A stretch of 35,689 nucleotides of DNA from a virus (taxonomy: Duplodnaviria > Caudoviricetes). Made by a program: the position numbers and the translations under genes. Positions 27,571-35,181 of the stretch are shown piece by piece (within the stretch, counting starts at the first letter, position 1; every line of letters begins with the position of its first letter). Under the pieces are notes generated by a model. The model saw only the letters and a list, made by a program, of their open reading frames with translations, was not told the origin of the DNA and searched no databases. The DNA lies in IMG/VR virus record IMGVR_UViG_3300046710_000082, positions 1 through 35,689 of that record, one strand, 5' to 3'.

Positions 27571-28161
27571 ATGGATGTGAGAGACTTGATTGAAGAAGCA
27601 TTGACCGCTGGTGGCTTTGGCGGCTTGTTCAATGCAGAGATTCCGTGCGGTTGCCTGATTGGTGACTTGGCTCCGTGCGGTGATGAATGCCTGAATATAT
27701 CAGAGTGTCAGGCTGGCTACAAACATGACTGCGATGGTTGTTGGAAAAACGATGGAAGGCTCAACGTGAGCAATGAGTGTGATGTGGAAGGTGGTGGAAC
27801 CCAAGGCGGTTGGTGCGTGGCTCTCACAAAAGAGTTTCAGCCAAAGAAGGTTGAACCTGAGCTTGAAGATGACCCATTGTTCATACGACCTGAAGATACC
27901 AAGGTTGGAGACTACATCACCTTCAGGGCGCTTGGGAACCGCTTTGGCTCAGGGCGCGTATCCTTTGCGAGTGTCATCTGCGGCTTGGATGTGACGATGA
28001 GTGATGGCGCGATTGTTGCTTGCAATTGGTGTGACATCCTCAGCGTCCAGCGTCCACAATTCTATGAGCAACAGTTTCATGCGGAAGCCATGAGCGATTT
28101 GTTGGCGGCGATGGACTTTGCCGTGATTCAACGAGAAGTGGAGCAGGAGCGCAAACCATGA
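27571..28161 (+). CDS. Cys-rich hypothetical protein
   Basis: GFGGLFN..CGC..DLAPC N-terminal domain; RBS CAAAGGAGATGAG. Confidence 0.7.
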   Translation: MDVRDLIEEALTAGGFGGLFNAEIPCGCLIGDLAPCGDECLNISECQAGYKHDCDGCWKNDGRLNVSNECDVEGGGTQGGWCVALTKEFQPKKVEPELEDDPLFIRPEDTKVGDYITFRALGNRFGSGRVSFASVICGLDVTMSDGAIVACNWCDILSVQRPQFYEQQFHAEAMSDLLAAMDFAVIQREVEQERKP

Positions 28162-28352
28162 AAGACATGAAAGACTTGATGGAAGCAAGGGAACGGATGA
28201 ACCTGAGACGGCATCTGTGGTTCAGGTGTATGGATAAGGCAGCCCTTGCTCTTGGTACTCCGAAGGTTGGTTTGTACACAAAGGCGCTGTGGGTGCTTGC
28301 TGAAGCGTACAGCGTGTCGTGTGAGGAAGTACGGATGTTGGAGCAGACATGA
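28158..28352 (+). CDS. Hypothetical protein
   Basis: AGGAG RBS, ATGA overlaps at both ends. Confidence 0.55.
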   Translation: MKDMKDLMEARERMNLRRHLWFRCMDKAALALGTPKVGLYTKALWVLAEAYSVSCEEVRMLEQT

Positions 28353-28849
28353 AGCGGACAGTCTGGTGGAGCATCGTGATTGCTTTTATCATCGGGTTCC
28401 TGATTGGGTTCTTCATCTTGCCACAGCCCCACAGCGCCACAGCAGGTGACATCGTGAACTTCCGCAGAGAACGTCGTTTGGCTGCCATAGTCATTCCTGT
28501 TGAGAAGGTGACGACACGGGCGTCTGTGCCAGTCAAGGTTCTCTACATGGAGATTTCAGCATATTCGCCAACGGTTGCGGAATGTGATGGCAACCCATTT
28601 CGGACTGCTTCTGGCAAGACTGTGTATGTTGGAGGCATCGCGGCTGACCTGTCGGTGCTTCCTTTTGGCAGCATCGTCACCATCCCGAATTACAACGGCG
28701 GCAAGCCCTGCACGGTTATTGATACCGGCGGCGCGATTTGTGGAAACAAACTGGACGTGTTCCTATGGAGTTCACATGAGGCAATCCACTGGGGAAGGCG
28801 CAAGAATGTGAGGGTGACTGTTCTCTACATCCCAAAGAAGACACGATGA
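28349..28849 (+). CDS. 3D (Asp-Asp-Asp) domain peptidoglycan-active protein with N-terminal membrane anchor
   Basis: SAYS..TASG..IAAD..LPFGS..DTGGAI.GNKLDVF motifs. Confidence 0.9.
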   Translation: MKRTVWWSIVIAFIIGFLIGFFILPQPHSATAGDIVNFRRERRLAAIVIPVEKVTTRASVPVKVLYMEISAYSPTVAECDGNPFRTASGKTVYVGGIAADLSVLPFGSIVTIPNYNGGKPCTVIDTGGAICGNKLDVFLWSSHEAIHWGRRKNVRVTVLYIPKKTR

Positions 28850-29034
28850 GAAAACCTGCTTTCATTGATAACGCTCTTGCTCAGATTGTCGTACTGAACC
28901 GCGACAGGGAACGGATACGCAAATTGCTTGTGGACGTGCGAAAGGATGGCTATGAGGAAGGCAGGAAAAGGACTTTTGCCGACATAAACAAAGCGATGGA
29001 GACGCAGTACAAGCACAAAAAGGAGACGAAGTGA
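28846..29034 (+). CDS. Hypothetical protein
   Basis: Overlap-coupled 62-aa ORF. Confidence 0.55.
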   Translation: MRKPAFIDNALAQIVVLNRDRERIRKLLVDVRKDGYEEGRKRTFADINKAMETQYKHKKETK

Positions 29035-29366
29035 ATGACCTTGAATCGCTTGTTACTTCCAGAGAGTTGAGCCAGCAGTTGGTTGACGCTGGCATTGTGA
29101 TTCCGACAGCGCTTGTGTGGTGCGGCTCCGATATGTGGGGTCAGGAAACATGGTATATACAGGTCAGGCAGTCTTTTGAGGCAATGAGAGCAAAGCCTGA
29201 AGCCGACAGGATGGAGAATGGAGCAAGGATTGATAACCGTGGCGTGGTTGTCGTTCCTGCCCCTACGATGTCTGAACTCAAAGCGTTCCTCATGCCCGAT
29301 GACCGCACGACAACGGAGTGGTGGGCTGACGTGGTTCTGAAGGTCAAGAGCAAGAGGAAGCCATGA
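29031..29366 (+). CDS. Hypothetical phage protein
   Basis: VTSRELSQQLVDAG and PAPTMSEL motifs; AAAGGAGACG RBS. Confidence 0.7.
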   Translation: MNDLESLVTSRELSQQLVDAGIVIPTALVWCGSDMWGQETWYIQVRQSFEAMRAKPEADRMENGARIDNRGVVVVPAPTMSELKAFLMPDDRTTTEWWADVVLKVKSKRKP

Positions 29367-29467
29367 CCGCTGAGATTATTGTGCCACTCATCATTCTGGT
29401 TCTGTACGGAGCGGCGATGTTCTATGTTGGTTGGTACACGGAATACAGGAAACACCATGACACCTGA
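29363..29467 (+). CDS. Small membrane peptide (34 aa)
   Basis: ATGA overlap; MTAEIIVPLIILVLYGAAMFYVGWY hydrophobic helix. Confidence 0.5.
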   Translation: MTAEIIVPLIILVLYGAAMFYVGWYTEYRKHHDT

Positions 29468-29744
29468 TGAAACGTGGCGTTTCCGCAAAGCGATGTTCGT
29501 GTTGGAAGAACTGTCCATGTATGCTAACACCCATGATGTGCCGTTCATGGAAGGTAAGTTCCTGAACGTGTTTGGCAAGTGCGCGAGTGACATGGTGCAA
29601 CTGTTTGACCTGTTCTATCACCCACTCAGCAAAAATAGACACGCGCTGAAGATGTCAGAGACAACCTCACTTCGGGCAAACAGGGCAATCGTTCATGTCC
29701 TGAATGAGATGAACAAGACGCTTCATCCTGAGGTGAAGCCATGA
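29457..29744 (+). CDS. Hypothetical protein
   Basis: AGGA RBS before ATG 29457. Confidence 0.55.
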   Translation: MTPDETWRFRKAMFVLEELSMYANTHDVPFMEGKFLNVFGKCASDMVQLFDLFYHPLSKNRHALKMSETTSLRANRAIVHVLNEMNKTLHPEVKP

Positions 29745-30160
29745 CCGATACAGCATATACGGGCGTTCTGGTCAGTCGGGGCTTGGGTGATGTTGGGTTC
29801 ACCATCCTTACTGACCATGTTTGGTCACAAGGAATGTGGGGTGACGAAAAGAACACGTGGACGCTACAGCGCGAGAACTATCCAATGACCCACAAGCGTG
29901 AATGGTATCATGCGGCGGCATACAGAGCCGACCAACTTCAGGAGTGGCTGCTGACCGTGCCGCCATTCTCCAAGAGAGCAACGAGCATCTGTATTGAACG
30001 TGTTTTGCTCCATCGCAAAGATGAACTAGTGACCTATCGTGTGACGGTTACAACAGTCAGTGGCATCCATATCGGACTTGGTGGAACGCTCAGCGATGCG
30101 ATGGCTGATGGCGTGATGAAGATTTGGGCGATGATGCACCCGACAAAGGAGACGGGATGA
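29741..30160 (+). CDS. Hypothetical protein
   Basis: GAGGTG RBS, ATGA coupling. Confidence 0.65.
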   Translation: MTDTAYTGVLVSRGLGDVGFTILTDHVWSQGMWGDEKNTWTLQRENYPMTHKREWYHAAAYRADQLQEWLLTVPPFSKRATSICIERVLLHRKDELVTYRVTVTTVSGIHIGLGGTLSDAMADGVMKIWAMMHPTKETG

Positions 30161-30402
30161 GAAAGTTGAAGCGCACATTGGAATCAGCGCTCAGACAGGA
30201 GCGCAAACAGATGTTCCTTGGGGCTGACTATCATGTACGGCTCAGTGTTCTGTTCGTATCAGAGAACAAGACCGTTGAACTGTTTATGAACTGCTTTTGT
30301 AACGATGCGGCGCACATCTACAACAGGAACCGCGTGATGCTCAAAGCGGTCAGTCCAATCCTTATCCAATCAGCAACAGCCGATGGGCTGAAGGTGATGT
30401 GA
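30157..30402 (+). CDS. Hypothetical protein
   Basis: CAAAGGAGACGGG RBS, ATGA coupling. Confidence 0.6.
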   Translation: MRKLKRTLESALRQERKQMFLGADYHVRLSVLFVSENKTVELFMNCFCNDAAHIYNRNRVMLKAVSPILIQSATADGLKVM

Positions 30403-30737
30403 TGAGAAAGCAGAAGGCAGTCCACGACATCTTGGCTGATGCTCACTGGAAGATTGACCATCAAGCCTTCCACGGACAAGCGATGGAAGTGCTATTGAAC
30501 GTATGGCGCACGGCGATGCAGCGCGGCGAGATGCTTCAGGCTCATCGCATGGTCAACAACTACAATCACGGCGTGATGGCAGAGCGTGAGAGAATCAAAC
30601 AATTGGCAAGGCTCATGGATGTGAAGCGTGGCAATGAACCTGCAAAAGCGTGTTATGTCCTGCCAGCGGACGTATTTGGTGAAAAGCCCTTTGGCAAATG
30701 GCTGTTCGGACAATTCAATAACAAGGGCAAGCGATGA
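30399..30737 (+). CDS. Hypothetical protein
   Basis: Coupled ORF, 112 aa. Confidence 0.6.
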   Translation: MMRKQKAVHDILADAHWKIDHQAFHGQAMEVLLNVWRTAMQRGEMLQAHRMVNNYNHGVMAERERIKQLARLMDVKRGNEPAKACYVLPADVFGEKPFGKWLFGQFNNKGKR

Positions 30738-30943
30738 AGTTCACAAAGAAGAAGGCAACTGCTCCGCTGTGTCGGGAAGGCAAGAAGGTCTGTGGGCTTC
30801 TTCAGCGTGTGTGGGCTTCAGACTATTGCGTGAAGTATTGCGTCTTCCTGCCGAACGGTGAGCGAACCAAGCGATGCGTGGACGATGGCACGGGAATCGT
30901 GGACAGACCAACAGAGAGGAACTATGGACGTAAAGATAGATGA
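30734..30943 (+). CDS. Small Cys-containing hypothetical protein
   Basis: ATGA coupling; several Cys residues. Confidence 0.5.
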   Translation: MKFTKKKATAPLCREGKKVCGLLQRVWASDYCVKYCVFLPNGERTKRCVDDGTGIVDRPTERNYGRKDR

Positions 30944-31172
30944 CAAGATGGTTTTCCGCTATTTCTTGAGTTGGCAGAAAACGCTCCTGCTGGAAGGCGT
31001 GGTGGAGACGATAGAGTACAAACCCTACTATATTGTAAAAGTCATCTCAGCGGAATGGGAACATGCAATAGGCAGAAGGTATATGGTGATGGACAAGGAA
31101 GTCGTGTCAATCAATGGTATCTTGTCTGATGCTGATTCCGTGTCCATAGCGCAAAGAAAGGGCAAAGGTTGA
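30924..31172 (+). CDS. Hypothetical protein
   Basis: GAGGA RBS before ATG 30924. Confidence 0.55.
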   Translation: MDVKIDDKMVFRYFLSWQKTLLLEGVVETIEYKPYYIVKVISAEWEHAIGRRYMVMDKEVVSINGILSDADSVSIAQRKGKG

Positions 31173-31490
31173 GCCAAATGACAGCTCACACCCGTTTTCA
31201 CGTGCCTTGCGAACCAGACCTGAGCCTGACGCAAAATAGGAAGGGTAAGCAAGCCGTTCCGAACGGGTGTGAAAAGTCCGAAAACGACCGATGGAAGAAA
31301 CAGGCGGTCATTTCTAGGATGCTGTCGGGAACAGGTGTAGAGAGAAAAAAACAAGGAAGGGAAGGTGTCTGTGCGAACGGTCAATAAAAAGTTCTTATAT
31401 GCGTTATGAGCACGAAAACCACCAAGAACGCAAAATATGGAAGAAACACACGAATCTGGCGCTGGCTGACGGCGCCAACAACTGAGGTGG

Positions 31491-32015
31491 GTGATGGACA
31501 AGTCTTACTTGGATAAGGTTGAACAGGAAGATGAGAACCTACTAACACAATCAGACCAACTGCGGAACAGTCTCATCAAGGAAAACGATGTGTTGCTCAG
31601 GCTTGTCTGCATGGAGCGTGACGGCGGCTTGTGCGTAGTGTGCGGAACCAACCACACACTTCAGGTCAGCCACATCTATCCAAAGGGGCTGTACCCTGAA
31701 TTGCGCTGGAACATAGAGAATGTGGAGATGCGGTGCGTTGGGTGTCATCTGTATCGCAAGGGAAGCCCTCACATGGACCCTGCTGGGTTCGCAGACTATG
31801 TTGAATACACAATGGACAAAGGACGCAGAGACCGTCTGCACCGACTTTCCATCCAGCCGCAGGGTGGAAGCAAGGGAACCCTGTGGTTTACAGAGCAGAA
31901 TGAGGTTCTGAGACACCTGTACCTGTTGGCGTTTGGCTCTCCATACAAGGAACGCAGAGACATTGTGATGAAGGCAAAGAAGAAAGTGAGGACGTGGAGG
32001 AAAGGGAGATTATGA
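31491..32015 (+). CDS. NinG/Rap-like HNH-type nuclease
   Basis: RDGGLCVVCG, SHIYPKG..LRWNIENV..CVGCH motifs. Confidence 0.8.
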   Translation: MMDKSYLDKVEQEDENLLTQSDQLRNSLIKENDVLLRLVCMERDGGLCVVCGTNHTLQVSHIYPKGLYPELRWNIENVEMRCVGCHLYRKGSPHMDPAGFADYVEYTMDKGRRDRLHRLSIQPQGGSKGTLWFTEQNEVLRHLYLLAFGSPYKERRDIVMKAKKKVRTWRKGRL

Positions 32016-32527
32016 GCAGACCGATGAAGATGTGCAGCGTGTGCGGACATCCAGCATTCGTGCGTGGGATGCAAACAGAGAACGGTTGGGTGTGTGGCAA
32101 CTGCCTGATAAAACAACGCGATTCGTGGAAGCGGAAGTTGAGTGTGCCGATAACAGAGCAAGCGAATCGTATGCCGAGCACATGGTTCGCTGAGATTCGC
32201 GTGGACGCAATCACCGCAGACCTTGAAGCGAACGTATGGACGGCTCTGGAACTGGGCTGGCGGTTCCATCAACAACTTGTGGACGATGAGAACACCGACA
32301 AGCGTGCCGTTGGGTTGTGGCTCCTTGAAAACAACGGGCGCTGCGTCTCTGTCATCGTTGTCCTCAACCATGTTGAAGAAGGCAGGAACCGCGTTGGTGG
32401 CTATGTGTACGACCTTGGCAAGCATGGAAGGCACAAGACTTGGGTTGGACGAACCTATGGTCACGGCTGTACCTTCTACGCTGGACGCTTGGAAGTGGCT
32501 TGTAGCGAACAACAGTTGGCTGTATAA
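32012..32527 (+). CDS. Hypothetical protein with N-terminal zinc finger
   Basis: CSVCG..VCGNC; GGGAG RBS; last early gene. Confidence 0.6.
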   Translation: MSRPMKMCSVCGHPAFVRGMQTENGWVCGNCLIKQRDSWKRKLSVPITEQANRMPSTWFAEIRVDAITADLEANVWTALELGWRFHQQLVDDENTDKRAVGLWLLENNGRCVSVIVVLNHVEEGRNRVGGYVYDLGKHGRHKTWVGRTYGHGCTFYAGRLEVACSEQQLAV

Positions 32528-32528
32528 T
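32500..32528 (+). promoter_or_regulatory. Promoter for the candidate small RNA
   Basis: TTGTAG-N17-TATAAT (32500-32505, 32523-32528), about 20 bp upstream of a terminator stem. Confidence 0.6.
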
Positions 32529-32534
32529 ACTGTT

Positions 32535-32582
32535 GCTCGTCTCCTTTGGCTCCTGCTCTCGTCAAGCAGGAGCCGTTTTTTT
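32535..32582 (+). ncRNA. Candidate ~50-nt anti-Shine-Dalgarno small RNA
   Basis: 5' seed CTCGTCTCCTTT(GG) is the reverse complement of the early-gene RBS motif (CC)AAAGGAGAYGRG; bounded by a promoter and an intrinsic terminator. Confidence 0.6.
32548..32582 (+). terminator. Intrinsic terminator at the early/late boundary
   Basis: GGCTCCTGCT/AGCAGGAGCC 10-bp stem followed by G and T7. Confidence 0.9.
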
Positions 32583-32596
32583 ATGCCCTGATTCCG

Positions 32597-32648
32597 TGCT
32601 ATACTATGTATTAGGACAATATCACAGGGTGTGATAAACCTGTGATAT
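32597..32648 (+). promoter_or_regulatory. Putative late promoter (extended -10) and downstream inverted repeat
   Basis: TGCTATACT at 32597-32605; ATATCACAGG/CCTGTGATAT inverted repeat at 32619-32648 abutting the RBS. Confidence 0.55.
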
Positions 32649-32659
32649 AAGGAGATGGG

Positions 32660-33298
32660 ATGATACAAAAGACAGGAGTGGTTGTTGAGACCAAACAGGT
32701 CAAGTTGAAGGACATCCAACTCGCGGCATACAATCCACGAAAAGACCTGAAGCCCGAAGACCCTGAATATCAGAAGATTGCGAACAGCCTGAGAGATTTC
32801 GGCGTGATGGCTCCGCTCATCTGGAACAAGCAGACGGGCAATCTTGTCGCAGGACATCAGCGTCTGAAGATACTGCGGCAGGAGTTTGGGATGACTGATG
32901 AGTCTCATATCACCGTGTCTGTCGTAGACATGGACGAGACGCAGGAAGTGGAAGCCAACATTGCGTTCAACAAGGCGCAGGGCGCTTGGGATTTTGAGAA
33001 GCTGGGTATTGCCATGTTCAAGATTCCGATTGAGGAACGTATCAAGACGGCATTCGACCCACAGGAACTCGCAGTCATCTGTTCGCAGGTGCATGATGAA
33101 GCAGAAGCGTCCTTGAATGCGATAGCAGAGGAACTGTCCAACGATGATGCGGAACTGGCAAACGCAGGAGACAACGTCTCATATGTCATCATGCTCTCAT
33201 TCCCTGAAAAGGAAAAGGCAGAGACATGGGCGGTAGAGCATACGATGGATGTTCGGTTCAAGGCAAACAGCAGGACGCTTGTTGTTCGCATGGAATGA
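32660..33298 (+). CDS. ParB/Srx N-terminal domain protein
   Basis: YNPRKDL..YQKIANSLRDFG..PLIWN..GNLVAGHQRLK motifs. Confidence 0.9.
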   Translation: MIQKTGVVVETKQVKLKDIQLAAYNPRKDLKPEDPEYQKIANSLRDFGVMAPLIWNKQTGNLVAGHQRLKILRQEFGMTDESHITVSVVDMDETQEVEANIAFNKAQGAWDFEKLGIAMFKIPIEERIKTAFDPQELAVICSQVHDEAEASLNAIAEELSNDDAELANAGDNVSYVIMLSFPEKEKAETWAVEHTMDVRFKANSRTLVVRME

Positions 33299-33774
33299 TA
33301 ACCGTGGTGATTGGCGGCTCAGGCTCTGGCAAGACCACCTTTGTCAAGAGCAAGTTCCTTGACCCTCAGTTTCTTATCACTACAGACATCGTTGCTGTGA
33401 CATTGGTGAAAAAGACAAGAACGGCATTCATCGGGAAGTATGGCATCGGCATTCGCACGGAAGGCACAGATACCTTGTCCTATACAGCCATGCCGCGCAT
33501 CAAGCGACAGGTGGAGAAGTTGGACAGAGACGGCTGGAATGTCGTGCTGGAAGGTGATAGAATCAACAACAGGAAGTTCTTTGAGTGGCTTCTGATGAAG
33601 AAGTTTGACTGTCAGTTGATTCTGATGACGGCTCCGCTGGATGTCTGCCTTATGCGTCTGCGTCTCGCAGGTTCGCACATCACCAAGCCCTTTGCAACCG
33701 CAACCGCAACGAAAGCGCGGCATATGTTCCTGACATTCGGTTCGCAGATGAAGGGAGAGGTACATGGAACCTGA
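33295..33774 (+). CDS. P-loop nucleotide kinase, 5-hydroxymethyluracil DNA kinase-like
   Basis: Walker A GGSGSGKTT, IGKY..EGTDTLS and LEGDR motifs; adjacent to an aGPT-Pplase-like gene. Confidence 0.75.
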   Translation: MITVVIGGSGSGKTTFVKSKFLDPQFLITTDIVAVTLVKKTRTAFIGKYGIGIRTEGTDTLSYTAMPRIKRQVEKLDRDGWNVVLEGDRINNRKFFEWLLMKKFDCQLILMTAPLDVCLMRLRLAGSHITKPFATATATKARHMFLTFGSQMKGEVHGT

Positions 33775-34780
33775 TTATCGCAAGGAGCGCTGGGAAGGCT
33801 ACCTGAAGTATCATGCATTGATGTGTCGGACAGGAGACTGTGACCCTGCCTATCCGATGGTGATGTGGCTTGCAAAGAGATTTGCGCTCGACACGGAACA
33901 GCGGTATTGGCTTGCCTTCCTCTACTCCTGCTGTTATTGCCTTCCGACAGCATGGGCGATGTTCACGGCATTCCCATCCTATCAGGAATGTACGGAAGAA
34001 GCATTCGCACGCTATTGGCAATACAACAAGCCGACCCTTCTGTTTGAGACAGACCGCGCAAAGGTCAAGAACTTTGACGCAATCCTGCCAATGCTCGCAT
34101 CCTACAGGAAGATTGTCGGCACAAGTCAGGATGGATTCTACAGACGGGCGGCGTGGAGCGGTTCAGTCATGGGGATGTATGACCCGTATGTTGCCTATGA
34201 GCGTGTCTATGCTGCGTGTTCGCAATTCTACTACTTCGGGCGCTTCAGCTTGTTCCTGCTGCTGGAAGTTGTCAACCTTTTGACGCAACTTTCTATCCTG
34301 CCGAAGACAATGGATTTGCGGCTTGCAGAGAGTCCAAGGAACGGGCTTTGCTATGCTCTCGGAAAGGATGATTGGGTCACGCTTCACTCACGTCTGCCTT
34401 ACAGAAAGATAGATTACAACTATCTTCAGGAGAAGCTGTTGGAATTGCCCGATGCTGTTGCGAAGGCATATCCTGATGTGCCGAACACCATCTGGCGCAT
34501 TGAGACGAGTTTGTGCGGCTACAAGAAACTCTGGTGGGAATCACGCTATCTTGGTTTCTACATAGACCGCGCTCAGGTTGAACTCGCCACGGTTGCGGCA
34601 CGTTATGCCGAGATGGATTGGCAACCAGCTTGGGATTTCAGACGGCGCTATCACCCACAGGCTTTTCTTGGAGAGATGAGCGGCTGGTTCGGTGTGCGTA
34701 AAGAGAAGTTGAGCCTGTTTGCTACGACAGGGAAGTTCTGTCTGGATGAGCCGATTCCGCTTTACAGGGAGACGCTGTGA
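33764..34780 (+). CDS. Amino acid:DNA transferase-like protein (aGPT-Pplase2 family)
   Basis: GDCDP, EQRYWLAFLY, FETDR, FGRFS..LE, PRNGL, ETSLCGYKK and RYLGFYIDR motifs, matching my recollection of this HhH-glycosylase-fold family. Confidence 0.75.
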   Translation: MEPDYRKERWEGYLKYHALMCRTGDCDPAYPMVMWLAKRFALDTEQRYWLAFLYSCCYCLPTAWAMFTAFPSYQECTEEAFARYWQYNKPTLLFETDRAKVKNFDAILPMLASYRKIVGTSQDGFYRRAAWSGSVMGMYDPYVAYERVYAACSQFYYFGRFSLFLLLEVVNLLTQLSILPKTMDLRLAESPRNGLCYALGKDDWVTLHSRLPYRKIDYNYLQEKLLELPDAVAKAYPDVPNTIWRIETSLCGYKKLWWESRYLGFYIDRAQVELATVAARYAEMDWQPAWDFRRRYHPQAFLGEMSGWFGVRKEKLSLFATTGKFCLDEPIPLYRETL

Positions 34781-35181
34781 TAGTTGTGCCGCTGGACTTC
34801 GTGAAAGACCGCAAGGAAGTCAATCAACTCAGCCGTCATTCAGAGAACGCTTCTGTCCATGAAGCGGAGGCATGGATGCGTGCTGTTGAGTTCTATGGCA
34901 AGGCATTTGGCGGCATCATCCACGGCATCGGCTACTACTATGCGACACAGGCAAAGAATCACGTGCGTCTCCACGAGATTGTCGTGAAGGCGTCTCTGCA
35001 AGGATGTGGTTATGGCAGTCTGTTGTGGGAAGACCTATGCTCACGCTCTCGTCTGTTTGGCGTAGAGAGCATCACGTTGAAGTGCGAGTATGAGCCATCC
35101 AAGCGTTGGTTTCTCACACATGGAGCGGAATGCGCGGCAAGAAAAGGAGCGGTATGGGAAATGACGAAACACCTGAACTAG
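34777..35181 (+). CDS. GNAT-family acetyltransferase
   Basis: VRLHEIVV..LQGCGYGSLL acetyl-CoA binding motif A; 134 aa. Confidence 0.85.
   Translation: MIVVPLDFVKDRKEVNQLSRHSENASVHEAEAWMRAVEFYGKAFGGIIHGIGYYYATQAKNHVRLHEIVVKASLQGCGYGSLLWEDLCSRSRLFGVESITLKCEYEPSKRWFLTHGAECAARKGAVWEMTKHLN

Noticed and set aside
31796-33094. 432-aa minus-strand ORF
   Set aside because: Antisense shadow of well-supported + strand genes; it crosses a terminator and has no recognisable motifs or RBS.
32660-33298. ParB as evidence for a plasmid-prophage partition system
   Set aside because: No ParA partner; only the ParB/Srx N-terminal domain, in the terminase-linked modification context typical of many phages.
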